Positions 46,908 through 56,477 of a stretch of DNA of 64,000 nt are shown here, in pieces. The stretch's first letter is position 1. The number at the start of each line of letters is the position of its first letter. The translations under genes and the position numbers were made by a program. The notes below the pieces were generated by a model. It worked only from the letters and a program-made list of their open reading frames with translations. It did not search any database and had not been told where the DNA came from. The DNA comes from Bacteroidota bacterium. Its GTDB lineage: Bacteria > Bacteroidota > Bacteroidia > Chitinophagales > Chitinophagaceae. Location of the stretch: the NCBI GenBank assembly GCA_013289175.1, contig JABDAN010000006.1, positions 18,988 through 82,987 of the forward strand, read 5' to 3'.

Positions 46908-48287
46908 ATGGTCGAGGGCCTTTCGGATTTTAAATCAGTTTTTTTTATTGGCATTGCCGGTTCAGGCATGAGCGCCATTGCACAATACCTGGCTGGCAAC
47001 GGAAAACAAGTCTCCGGATCCGACCGGTATTTTTTGCCTGGGGAATCCAATCATACACGTGAAAAACTCGAGGCCCTGGGCATAGCGTGTTTTCTCCAAA
47101 ACGGGCAGGGCATTCATGCCGAAATCGACCTGGTTGTTGTTTCCACAGCGGTGGAGGACACTGTAGAGGAAGTGCAGTTGGCCAAGCAATTGAATATACC
47201 GATCATGAAACGTTCAGCGCTGCTTGCTCTGATCGCGGCCAGCAAAAAAACAATCGCGGTCGGAGGCACCAGCGGAAAAAGTACCACCTGCGCCATGTTG
47301 TTCGACATCCTGGAATATGCCGGTAAAAATCCCAGTATTATCAGCGGCGCAGGATTGGTCAGCCTGATTAAAAAAGGTTTCATCGGCAATGCCAAGGCGG
47401 GCAGCGGCGAATGGTTGGTGATAGAAGCCGATGAAAGCGATGGCTCGATTGTGCAATATAAACCAGAGGTAGGGGTCTTGTTGAATATCGAGAAGGATCA
47501 TAAGGAAATGGAAGCCCTGATGGAAATATTCGCCGAATTCCGTCAGAATACGCACCGGCTATTTGTGGTAAACCAGGCGCAGGCAGGAGCCAGGAAACTG
47601 TCGAAGAAAGTTGAACAGGATTTTTCTTCCAGTTCATCTTTTCCGGCGGGATACCAGGCAACCGGATACCAGCAAAAAGCATTGGCAATTACTTTTGAAA
47701 TAAACGGGATTCCCTTCTCCCTTCAAACAGTCGGCAAACACAATATGGAAAATGCGCTGGCCGCATCGGCAACCGCCGCGCAGCTGGGTGTGGACCTGGC
47801 TACCTGTTCCCAGGCCTTGAAAACTTATGAAGGTATTTACCGCAGACACCAGATTATGGGAAGAAAGAATGGGGTTTGGCTGATCGATGACTATGCCCAT
47901 AACCCGGTAAAATGCGCCATTTCTATCGAAGCCTGCCAGGAAATTGCGCCCAGGGTTGTTGCCTGGTTTCAGCCACATGGGTATGGACCTACCCGGTTTC
48001 TTCGCCACGATTTTGTGGAAGAGATCGGCCGGGTACTCAGACCCGGGGATGAAATATGGATGAGTGAAATATTTTATGCCGGTGGAACGACCGTGAAAGA
48101 TATTTCTGCCCTGGATCTAATCAACGACCTGAAGGCCTTGGATAAGCCGGCGTTTTTTGTAGCCAACCGCGATGATTTGCTAGATGCTGTTCGACCTCAC
48201 CTAACGAAAGATTGTGTGCTGTTGCTGATGGGAGCCCGGGATCCCTCATTGGAAAACTTTGCCAATGAGATCTGGGAACAATTGTGA
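46908..48287 (+). CDS. Mur ligase family protein (MurC/Mpl-like)
   Basis: IGIAGSGMSA, GGTSGKSTT, EADESDGS, KDH, GKHNMENA, DDYAHNP, FQPHGY. Confidence 0.88.
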   Translation: MVEGLSDFKSVFFIGIAGSGMSAIAQYLAGNGKQVSGSDRYFLPGESNHTREKLEALGIACFLQNGQGIHAEIDLVVVSTAVEDTVEEVQLAKQLNIPIMKRSALLALIAASKKTIAVGGTSGKSTTCAMLFDILEYAGKNPSIISGAGLVSLIKKGFIGNAKAGSGEWLVIEADESDGSIVQYKPEVGVLLNIEKDHKEMEALMEIFAEFRQNTHRLFVVNQAQAGARKLSKKVEQDFSSSSSFPAGYQATGYQQKALAITFEINGIPFSLQTVGKHNMENALAASATAAQLGVDLATCSQALKTYEGIYRRHQIMGRKNGVWLIDDYAHNPVKCAISIEACQEIAPRVVAWFQPHGYGPTRFLRHDFVEEIGRVLRPGDEIWMSEIFYAGGTTVKDISALDLINDLKALDKPAFFVANRDDLLDAVRPHLTKDCVLLLMGARDPSLENFANEIWEQL

Positions 48288-48325
48288 AAAACATCCGGTG
48301 AAACTTGGACCACCTTGTTCGACCC

Positions 48326-49033
48326 TCAACATTTCACTGTTTTTTTCTTTTTACCAAGCATTCCTTTTTCTTTTCTTTGAAGGATATACTCCACCGCATC
48401 CGTCAGCGTGCTGAGCTTTCCTTCTACATGCACTTTCACCGGGCCAATTTTCTTGGCGGCAATGAGGGCCTGGTCAGATAATTCGGGAACATAGATGCCG
48501 ACGGCAATGATAAATCCGTTCATTGTATGACGGACCCGGTTGTTGACCCCGTGAATATCTTTTACAACCCTGGACAATAGCGACTTCAATTCAGCCATTT
48601 TTAATTCGGAATCATCTTTTAAAGCAACCAGTGAACCCAAAGTACTCCATCCGGCAGCGGCAATATATTCTTTGGGGTTGTCAATCCATTGAAGGGCCAG
48701 TTCATAACCATACAGTCCCTCGGCCGCAACCCAGGGCACTGTGTATTCACTGATGTTGAGCGAAACGGCTTGCTTGACCCAGGACTGTAAGTCCGCCATG
48801 GTCATTTTTTTATCATCGGCTATCAGGCCGGCGAGGTACATCGCGTCAGCGTTACCGGTATCATAGAGGTCCTTGGCGAGTTGATAGTCTTTTTTAATCT
48901 TCTTTTGAATGGCTTTGAGGTGTTCGACTTTCACCCCGAACAAGGGTTCCTGAACTCCGTGTTTCAAGAGGATTTTTTTTATGCTGTCCGATCCCTTGGA
49001 TCGGAGTTCAGCCATTATTTCTTTTGCAGTCAA
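48326..49033 (-). CDS. DNA alkylation repair (AlkD-like HEAT) protein
   Basis: FGVKV..LK.I.KKIKKDY.LA..LYDTGN.DAMYLAGLIAD; NRVR.TMNGFII. Confidence 0.8.
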   Translation of the reverse strand: MTAKEIMAELRSKGSDSIKKILLKHGVQEPLFGVKVEHLKAIQKKIKKDYQLAKDLYDTGNADAMYLAGLIADDKKMTMADLQSWVKQAVSLNISEYTVPWVAAEGLYGYELALQWIDNPKEYIAAAGWSTLGSLVALKDDSELKMAELKSLLSRVVKDIHGVNNRVRHTMNGFIIAVGIYVPELSDQALIAAKKIGPVKVHVEGKLSTLTDAVEYILQRKEKGMLGKKKKTVKC

Positions 49034-49227
49034 GGGGATTTTTTCTCCCCTAATTTATAAAAAATCCGGGGAAACAATATGTTTCCAGGACACTGTCTTA
49101 AAATTGGAAAATTCCTTACGATGAATCGTAACAATATAAGAAAGCAATCCAGCACAAATTCCGGGCGGAATGATTTTCTGTGCGGAGCTCCCAAAAAACC
49201 GCCAATATCTGCGGGGGCTTTTGTTTT

Positions 49228-49243
49228 CGGCACAGCAATTGCC
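49228..49243 (+). promoter_or_regulatory. Sigma54 -24/-12 promoter
   Basis: CGGCAC-AGCAA-TTGCC upstream of the response regulator. Confidence 0.6.
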
Positions 49244-49348
49244 TTAATGGGAAACGGATGTATGAAGATGGTAATTAACAATTGCTTATTGTTAACCGTA
49301 CCTGCAAAGCTTGGCTATTGGTGTAACTTTCAGGACTTATTTTATAGT

Positions 49349-49780
49349 ATGAAAAACGAGGGAGTCTTGAAACCATTTATTTTTTTAGCAGATGACGATC
49401 CGGATGATCAAGCCATGTTGTGCAATGCCTTTACCCAGGTAACCGACGAATATCATTTGATTGCCGTTAATTCGGGCAAAGCACTGGCCGACTTACTTTC
49501 GCAGGTTGCAGACAAAGAATTGCCTAGTCTGATTGTACTAGACTACAATATGCCCGGACTCAACGGCATTGAAACATTGAAGCTATTGCAACACAGTGCC
49601 CGCTACCGAACCATTCCAAAAATAATTTATTCTAGTTCCATCTCACCGGCAAACCGCTCCGAAATGATCGCTTCCGGAGCATCTGATTATATGGCCAAAC
49701 AGACTTCGGTAGTCGAAACGGTTCTGTGTGCCAGAAAAATGCTTGAATATGCCAACGTCCCCGTTGGTCAGCTGGCCTAG
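49349..49780 (+). CDS. Single-domain response regulator
   Basis: ADDDPDD, LIVLDYNMP, YSSS, MAK; start at the ATG at 49349. Confidence 0.9.
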   Translation: MKNEGVLKPFIFLADDDPDDQAMLCNAFTQVTDEYHLIAVNSGKALADLLSQVADKELPSLIVLDYNMPGLNGIETLKLLQHSARYRTIPKIIYSSSISPANRSEMIASGASDYMAKQTSVVETVLCARKMLEYANVPVGQLA

Positions 49781-49900
49781 GTTTTGCCTTGATTGTTTTC
49801 CGATATAATTTTTACGGACTAATTAATGGGTTGACAACCCATGGGCTTTTCCTACCGGATTTCTTGGTGGGGATCTAACCTGAAAGAGTTATTTTACAGT

Positions 49901-50962
49901 ATGCTGCGAAAATATCCGTTTTATATGAAGGCCACGTTCATTATGTTGGGCATGGTGATCCTGGTTTTTATTTTGTCCATCCTACGGGATATCCTGGTTC
50001 CCCTGTCGTTTGCCCTGTTGCTTTCTATTTTGCTGAACCCCTTGGCTGGCTTACTGGAAAAATGGCAATTCCCCCGGGTGCTGGCCATCACTATTTCCAT
50101 CCTATTGGCGATGGTGCTGATCCTGGGGGTTACCTACTTTTTGTTTCTGGAAGTAAGGAGCTTTTCTTCGGAGCTCCCCGTTTTTAAAGAGAAATTCCAG
50201 GAATTGCTGATCAAATTACAACACTGGGCCCGCCATGACATCGGTATCGCAACAAAAAAGCAAAATGAATATCTCAACGCAGCTGAGGATGGATTAAAGC
50301 CTGTCCTGGCTACAGCCATGGGATCGGTGATGGGTGCCATCGCCATGTTTTTCCTCCTGCCTGTTTATACCTTTCTCTTCCTGTTTTATAAAAAACTCAT
50401 TCTGGCATTTTTGTATCAATTGTTCGAAAAAGCAGAAGAAAAGGAAATCAGTGTCGTGCTTACCCAGACCAAAGGCGCCATTCAGAGTTATATGTACGGG
50501 CTATTGCTGGAAGCCATGATTGTGGCCACGCTCAATACTTGTGCATTGATGATCCTCGGTGTTCAGTATGCCGTACTGCTGGGTATTCTCGGTGCTTTGC
50601 TCAATATCCTGCCATTCATCGGAGGAATTCTGGCCGTTTTATTTCCTATTCTGATCGCGACTGCTACCAAAGACGGATTCCAGACGCAACTCTGGATCAT
50701 GGTAGCCTATATCATTATTCAGTTTATCGACAACCATTTTCTGGTTCCCTATATTGTCGCTTCCAAAGTCAAAATCAACGCCCTGGTTTCCATCGTCGTC
50801 GTTTTGCTGGGCGGCTCCTTGTGGGGCATATCCGGTATGTTTTTGTCGATTCCCTTCATTGGAGTTCTTAAAATTATTTTTGACCGGTTACCTGAACTCA
50901 AACCCTGGGGCATGCTGATCGGGATGGAAGTACCTACAAAAAGAAGATTTAAATCCAGGTAA
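49901..50962 (+). CDS. AI-2E family transporter
   Basis: LVPL.FA.LL..LL.P, LNILPFIG, QFIDNH.L.P, WGISGMFLSIP. Confidence 0.9.
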   Translation: MLRKYPFYMKATFIMLGMVILVFILSILRDILVPLSFALLLSILLNPLAGLLEKWQFPRVLAITISILLAMVLILGVTYFLFLEVRSFSSELPVFKEKFQELLIKLQHWARHDIGIATKKQNEYLNAAEDGLKPVLATAMGSVMGAIAMFFLLPVYTFLFLFYKKLILAFLYQLFEKAEEKEISVVLTQTKGAIQSYMYGLLLEAMIVATLNTCALMILGVQYAVLLGILGALLNILPFIGGILAVLFPILIATATKDGFQTQLWIMVAYIIIQFIDNHFLVPYIVASKVKINALVSIVVVLLGGSLWGISGMFLSIPFIGVLKIIFDRLPELKPWGMLIGMEVPTKRRFKSR

Positions 50963-51002
50963 GAATCCGGGACCGCAAGTTTGATATGTTTGTTTTATTT
51001 AT

Positions 51003-51551
51003 TTAACGAAGTTGTTCCCATGCTTCGTGAGAAACCGGTACTCCCTGACTATTGTAGTATACCGCTGAATCCGGCGCCTGATGGTATTGAACAAACCGTT
51101 TGATTAAACCCAGTGTATCGTAATCATTCCACCTCCCGGTATCCCAACGCAGGTGCCTGTAACCGGTGGTTTGGATCTTGCCATTGGGATAAAACCAGGT
51201 TGACAGTCCTTCAAAATTCCCATTTACACAAATTCCCTCGAAAGCTACCTGTCCATTTAAATAAAATTCACGGGTCTGGCCATTTCTTTTCCCCGATCGA
51301 AAGCTCATCTCACCAATTTTAAAGCCTTGCTCGCTGAAATTATATTGAATACTATCCTGCAGTTGATCTTTAAAAAACTGCTGCTCCTGCAACTGGCCGT
51401 TTGGGTAGAAATTCCTGACAGTCGTTGTATGATCGCTCAGGTTTTCGATGGTTTTTTTTGGACTGCCGTCCGAATATTTTTCAATTACTTCCGTTTTAGA
51501 GGAACAAGCGATCAAAAGAATCATGAAAAAACTTGCCGCAATCCATTTCAT
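51003..51551 (-). CDS. MORN-variant repeat (YwqK-like) lipoprotein
   Basis: Lipobox LIAC; repeats FYPNGQL, FYLNGQV, FYPNGKI. Confidence 0.8.
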   Translation of the reverse strand: MKWIAASFFMILLIACSSKTEVIEKYSDGSPKKTIENLSDHTTTVRNFYPNGQLQEQQFFKDQLQDSIQYNFSEQGFKIGEMSFRSGKRNGQTREFYLNGQVAFEGICVNGNFEGLSTWFYPNGKIQTTGYRHLRWDTGRWNDYDTLGLIKRFVQYHQAPDSAVYYNSQGVPVSHEAWEQLR

Positions 51552-51682
51552 ACATCTAATTTATCGGATCGGAAAGTCAAATATTTTGTAGCGTGTCAAA
51601 AAAATGGCAGGCCATGTAATGGATGGAGAATGTATAAGACGCATCTAACAAAAGATATTTTGACATCTAAAGTTATTTCAAA

Positions 51683-52813
51683 TCATTCTATTAAATGCGG
51701 AATAAACCGGCTCGTATTGTCAGTTACCAGGGTGTCGGATTCGCGAATACCGATACCGCCTGCCTCTGCTCCGATGATCCAACTACCAATAACCGGATAA
51801 TTTTTTTCATAACAGGGAAGTTCACACAACTCCTGGTAGATATACCCTTCCTGTCCATAAGGTCCGGTGGTTTTGAAAATGGATTGGCCTTCACGGAACA
51901 ACTCTATGTTGGCACCTTCTCTGGATAGAAACGGTTTTCTGACAAAACTGGAAAGATCTTTGGCTTCCCGGTAGGCAGGAAGAAGATAGGGATGACCGGG
52001 ATACAATTCCCAAAGCAAAGGAAGAATCGCTTTATTGGACAGAATCATTTTCCAGGCAGGCTCGAAAACCCGTGGCTCGGAATAATTCTCAAGGAAATGA
52101 ATGCCAAACGGCTCATGAATCATAAATTCCCAGGGATATAATTTAAAGAAATGGGACAGGGGTTCAGATTGGAGATCTACAAATTTTTTGTTGGTAGCAT
52201 CCCACCCGATCTCGTCCACAAAAATAAACCGGGTTGTTATACCCGCTTGTATGGCACAGTCTCGCAGATATTCTGTATTGGTAAGATCTTCTAAGGAATC
52301 TTTTGCGCAAGAAAAGTAAAGGCTTTTTCCGCCAAAAAGACAACGGGTATCCTGCCAGGTCTTAATCAGTTTTTCATGCAGGCTGTTAAACTGGTCTTTG
52401 GAGGAATCAAAATCCTGTAGCCAGAACCACTGCACAATGGATGCTTCAAAGAGGCTGGTAGGAGTATCCGCATTGAATTCAAGCAATTTGAGCCGGTCGC
52501 CATGGTAACAAAAATCAAAGCGGCCATATATGGATGGGATATCATCTTCCCAGGAGCTGACCAGATAGGCAACATAGGCTTCCGGGATTTGGAACAAATC
52601 AAAAAGTCTTTTGTCGATCGCATATTGGACCGCATTTAAACACATTTCCCACAGTTCCTGGGTTGCCTGTTCAATTTGTAAAATTTCTGAAAGCGAAAAA
52701 GAATAATAAACCGATTCATCCCAGTAGGGCAACTGTCCTGTATGAAATCCAAAGCCAAGCTTTTCTACAGCATGCTGCCAGTTATTGCGGGGACATATGG
52801 TGATGCGCTTCAT
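51683..52813 (-). CDS. Glutathionylspermidine synthase-like ATP-grasp protein (YgiC/YjfC family)
   Basis: YWDES, YGRFD, KLLEFNADTPTSL.E, FKLYPWE, EPAWKMILSNK, SREGANI, GIGIRE; start at the ATG at 52813. Confidence 0.92.
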   Translation of the reverse strand: MKRITICPRNNWQHAVEKLGFGFHTGQLPYWDESVYYSFSLSEILQIEQATQELWEMCLNAVQYAIDKRLFDLFQIPEAYVAYLVSSWEDDIPSIYGRFDFCYHGDRLKLLEFNADTPTSLFEASIVQWFWLQDFDSSKDQFNSLHEKLIKTWQDTRCLFGGKSLYFSCAKDSLEDLTNTEYLRDCAIQAGITTRFIFVDEIGWDATNKKFVDLQSEPLSHFFKLYPWEFMIHEPFGIHFLENYSEPRVFEPAWKMILSNKAILPLLWELYPGHPYLLPAYREAKDLSSFVRKPFLSREGANIELFREGQSIFKTTGPYGQEGYIYQELCELPCYEKNYPVIGSWIIGAEAGGIGIRESDTLVTDNTSRFIPHLIE

Positions 52814-52832
52814 CGTGTTTGAAAATGAGGAG

Positions 52833-53153
52833 TCAGGAAGAAACAATTCCATGGCCGCCGAATCCACCCCGCATAATAAATTGGCTAGACCGGACCACGG
52901 AACCTTTTAAGACCAAAGGAGGCTGGTTTGTTTGGTGGAGTTGACCTATATAAAACCAATTGTTATAAGCATTGACCGGTAAAATCTGATGAAATAGGGT
53001 AGCGGAGTCATTTTCCCGGCCCAAATAAGGATATGGATACCTGGTAGCATATACCCAGTCATCGCTATAAACGGGTTGGGGCTGCGTTCCCTGACTGCAG
53101 GAGGCCAGCGTGGCAGTAATCAGAACCAGCTGGATGGTCTTGGACCTTTTCAT
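52833..53153 (-). CDS. YgiB/UPF0323-like small lipoprotein
   Basis: MKRSKTIQLVLITATLASC lipobox; C-terminal RGGFG; directly upstream of the YgiC-like gene. Confidence 0.75.
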   Translation of the reverse strand: MKRSKTIQLVLITATLASCSQGTQPQPVYSDDWVYATRYPYPYLGRENDSATLFHQILPVNAYNNWFYIGQLHQTNQPPLVLKGSVVRSSQFIMRGGFGGHGIVSS

Positions 53154-53324
53154 GGAGAAGGGTTGCGTCACTAAAGATCTATGAATAACCCATGTTCCGT
53201 CGTTTAACAGCGGTTAATAACTCGTTGCATTGTTGTTAATGAAGCTTTTTTGTCCCTGGCAGGGGATTATATTTTTTGCCATTAAACCCCCTCGCCATTA
53301 GGTTGTCTATGTCTTTCTAAAACA

Positions 53325-53402
53325 ATGGCATTGAAAAACAGGATATTTTTTATTTTTTTAGTGCTGATTGTGATCCTAGCCCATTTCTACAGGCACAAAT
53401 AA
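53325..53402 (+). CDS. Putative 25-aa single-TM peptide MALKNRIFFIFLVLIVILAHFYRHK
   Basis: AT-rich AAAACA leader before the ATG, hydrophobic core with basic flanks, CCGC..GCGG hairpin just downstream. Confidence 0.45.
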   Translation: MALKNRIFFIFLVLIVILAHFYRHK

Positions 53403-53638
53403 GATAGAATCCGCTTTCCTACCTAAGGCGGGGTGGTTGATTTTCTCACACAAGTTCCTAGACCAATTAAAAAATTTAGATTCGCGGAAGCTCAAAAAAC
53501 AAGGGAAACCAAAGGAGAAAACGTTTCGTTCTAAGAGGTTAATCGATGGAAGCAACGGAAGTCACAGGCAGAAATCTCTCCCGGGGCAAGAGCCGTTTGA
53601 CAAAAACAAATGACCTAACTTAGGGTGCTATTACCGTT

Positions 53639-54073
53639 ATGAAACATATCGCCTGGATACTGACCGGGTGGCTTATCATCGGAAGCTGCCGCAATCGGCC
53701 GGATACCAAGAATCTCCGGGAGGCCATGCAAACCTATGACCGCCTGATTCTAAAAACCGATGCGGATTCCATTGCCCTTTCCTATACCGTCGATGGGGAG
53801 CTCGGGGAGATGGCCCTCGGAAGGGACTCCATTCGACGGTTTCTTTATAAATTTAAGGACTTCAAAGTGCTACATCAGGTTTCCCTTATCGATACCATCA
53901 ACATTCACCAGGACACGGGTTATTTGGCTGGCAGCTACCAACAAAGGGTCATCGTTCCCCATCAGCTTTCCGGAGATACGGTTTCAGTCAAAGGGAATTT
54001 TCAATCTACCTGGATTTGGACACCGGGAAATGGTTGGCTGATAAAAAAAATGCAAACCCAGCCTTTGAAATAA
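53639..54073 (+). CDS. NTF2-like (DUF4440/SnoaL) lipoprotein
   Basis: Lipobox IGSC; DADSIA..Y..DG...GRD.IR...G.F...W......W.IK. Confidence 0.75.
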   Translation: MKHIAWILTGWLIIGSCRNRPDTKNLREAMQTYDRLILKTDADSIALSYTVDGELGEMALGRDSIRRFLYKFKDFKVLHQVSLIDTINIHQDTGYLAGSYQQRVIVPHQLSGDTVSVKGNFQSTWIWTPGNGWLIKKMQTQPLK

Positions 54074-54185
54074 TTGGCCACGGTCTGTAGATTTTGAGGA
54101 TGGTGGAACCTTTTAGGTATATGGGTCCATCATCCGGAGATTTTTAAAAACGGTTCTTTGGTGCGTTATTTCTTATTTTCCGATT

Positions 54186-55892
54186 ATGCTAAAAAAAATT
54201 CTTTCTTGGACCCTGACTTCTCTCGGGTTATTGCTTGCTGAGGGTTCCATGGCCCAGCCATCCAGACCGAATATCATTTGGATTACCTGCGAAGACATTT
54301 CACCCTTTATAGGTGCTTACGGGGATACCTTAGTCAAGACACCTCATATTGATCAGCTCGCAAGGGAAGGAGTCCGGTTCAATTATGTTTTCACGGCTGC
54401 CGGGGTTTGTGCACCGAGCCGGTCGAGCTTTATTACCGGGATGTATCCCACTTCCATCGGAACCCTGCATATGCGCACGATTGGGGATCCAAAATATCAA
54501 CCGGTTCCTTCCTATTCGGCAGTCATTCCTTCTGACATTAAATGTTTTCCGGAATATCTCAGGAAGGCCGGATATTATTGTACGAACAATGAAAAACAGG
54601 ATTATCAGTTTGTTCCACCCGTAACCGTGTGGGATGAGAACGGACCGGCTGCCTCTTACCGTGACCGTCCCAAAAACAAACCTTTCTTTGCCATTTTCAA
54701 TTTGTTTATCACCCATGAATCACAATTGTTCAGCCGCACGGACAGTTTGCTGTTGGATCCGGAAAAAATAAGGGTTCCTCCTTACTATCCTGATACCAAA
54801 ACAGTCCGCCATGATATGAATCGGCTCTTTACCAATATTGAAAGGATGGATAACCAGGTGGGGGAGTTGGTGGCACAACTCAAAAAAGATGGGGTCTACG
54901 ACAATACCATCATCTTTTTTTTCAGCGATCACGGAGGCGCCTTGCCCTGGATGAAACGGGAGATACTAGAGAGAGGAACCCATATTCCTTTTATTATCCG
55001 ATTTCCGGGTCAGGCAAATGGCGGGACTGTAAACAATGAGATGATCAGCGGTGTGGATTTTGCACCAACGGTCTTGTCGCTGGCCGGAGTAAAGATTCCA
55101 GCCTACATGCAGGGGCAGGCTTTTTTGGGTACTCAGAAATCCAAAACACCGCGTCAATTCGTATTTGCGGGCAGAGACCGGATGGATACGGAATACGATC
55201 GGGTGCGAATGGTAAGAGACAGACAATTTCAATATCTGTTTAATTATCTACCGGATCAACCTTACTACCAGAATATTGCCTTTCGCTTGAGTGTTCCGAT
55301 GATGAAAGAATTTCTTATACTCCGGGACAGCGGTCAATTGGATAGCGTGCAGATGGCATGGTTTAGAAATAAACCCGTGGAAGAATTGTATGATGTAGAA
55401 AAGGATCCGCACGAGATTCATAACCTGATCCATGATCCACAATATAAAAACGAGTTGGATGCACTCAGGTCAGCTTTTAGAAACTGGAACAATACGGTTG
55501 GCGACATGGGCGGCATTCCCGAAAAGGACATGATTCGTCAAATGTGGAATGGGATGTCTGTCCCACCCCAGACCGATACCCCTCTCATCCGACTGGTCGG
55601 CGGAGGTGTTACCATTTCCTGCAAGACGAAGGGGGCTTCGGTAGGCTACAGAATTATTAAAAAAGGTCAGATTTCAACACCTGAATATCTTTCTATACAA
55701 TCATGGGACTATGGTACCGTCTTTAATACCGTTAAAAATGGACAAACCGTTGTCAAAGCACCTGTCTGGGAAGTATACCAGGATGAAATCATTCCGCTTC
55801 AAAGAGGCGACACCCTCCTGGTAAATGCCATGCGTATTGGATTTCTTCCCGCCGAGCACCGGTTTGTGATGGGTGATCATGCTGCTCTCTAA
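54186..55892 (+). CDS. Sulfatase (Cys-type, S1)
   Basis: PNIIWITCED, TPHIDQLA, CAPSR..ITGMY, FSDHG, DFAPT, EELYD...DP.E..NL. Confidence 0.93.
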   Translation: MLKKILSWTLTSLGLLLAEGSMAQPSRPNIIWITCEDISPFIGAYGDTLVKTPHIDQLAREGVRFNYVFTAAGVCAPSRSSFITGMYPTSIGTLHMRTIGDPKYQPVPSYSAVIPSDIKCFPEYLRKAGYYCTNNEKQDYQFVPPVTVWDENGPAASYRDRPKNKPFFAIFNLFITHESQLFSRTDSLLLDPEKIRVPPYYPDTKTVRHDMNRLFTNIERMDNQVGELVAQLKKDGVYDNTIIFFFSDHGGALPWMKREILERGTHIPFIIRFPGQANGGTVNNEMISGVDFAPTVLSLAGVKIPAYMQGQAFLGTQKSKTPRQFVFAGRDRMDTEYDRVRMVRDRQFQYLFNYLPDQPYYQNIAFRLSVPMMKEFLILRDSGQLDSVQMAWFRNKPVEELYDVEKDPHEIHNLIHDPQYKNELDALRSAFRNWNNTVGDMGGIPEKDMIRQMWNGMSVPPQTDTPLIRLVGGGVTISCKTKGASVGYRIIKKGQISTPEYLSIQSWDYGTVFNTVKNGQTVVKAPVWEVYQDEIIPLQRGDTLLVNAMRIGFLPAEHRFVMGDHAAL

Positions 55893-55923
55893 AAAAACGA
55901 AAAAAAACAATCAAATTATTTGC

Positions 55924-55967
55924 GCAAGTAAATACTTGCCTATATATTTGTGCAAGCATTTGCTTGC
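55924..55967. promoter_or_regulatory. Twin GCAAG-N6-CTTGC palindromes flanking a TAnnTTTG promoter (ArsR autoregulatory operator)
   Basis: GCAAGTAAATACTTGC (55924-55939), TATATTTG (55943-55950), GCAAGCATTTGCTTGC (55952-55967). Confidence 0.7.
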
Positions 55968-55994
55968 GCAAAACAACCCCGCGGCATGCACCCT

Positions 55995-56360
55995 ATGACC
56001 AGAAGAGATGTATTCCAGGCGATTGCCGACCCCACCCGACGAGAGATCATTACCCTGATTTCAAGACAACCGCTCAATCTCAATGCCGTGGCGGGAAATT
56101 TTGACATGAGCCGTCAAGCGATCTCGCTGCATATTAAAATATTGCGAGAATGCGGTCTGATCTTGATTCAACAGGAAGGAAGGGATCGCTATTGCAGCAT
56201 TCAACCGAAAAAACTCGCCGAAGTAGCCGATTGGGTAGAACCTTTCAGAAATATGTGGGAAGAAAGATTTGACCGGGTTGACCTGATATTAAAAAACCTA
56301 AAAACAAAAAAGATGGTCGGTAAAAACAAACAAAACAAGCTCAACAAACCAAAAAAATAA
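55995..56360 (+). CDS. ArsR/SmtB family regulator (SRPBCC-associated)
   Basis: RRDVFQAIADPTRR...SRQAISLHIKIL.ECGL; start at the ATG at 55995. Confidence 0.92.
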   Translation: MTRRDVFQAIADPTRREIITLISRQPLNLNAVAGNFDMSRQAISLHIKILRECGLILIQQEGRDRYCSIQPKKLAEVADWVEPFRNMWEERFDRVDLILKNLKTKKMVGKNKQNKLNKPKK

Positions 56361-56477
56361 CGGCGGTTCAGCCTCTTTACCGCTTGAAAGGGCAACGGCT
56401 TGCCCTTGCTCAAGGGAGGCGTGAACTAACGGCCGCAAGCGGCCGGCCAGAACAAAACTGATTTAATAACCATTGAA

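Noticed and set aside
51003-51551. YwqK-like protein as a toxin-antitoxin system
   Set aside because: There is no adjacent toxin, and MORN-repeat lipoproteins are common in Bacteroidota.
51638-51665. TGTCAA-N18-CGTC (and GGTTAC-N14-CGTA at 43452) as further ECF sites
   Set aside because: Both the -35 element and the spacing deviate from the motif.
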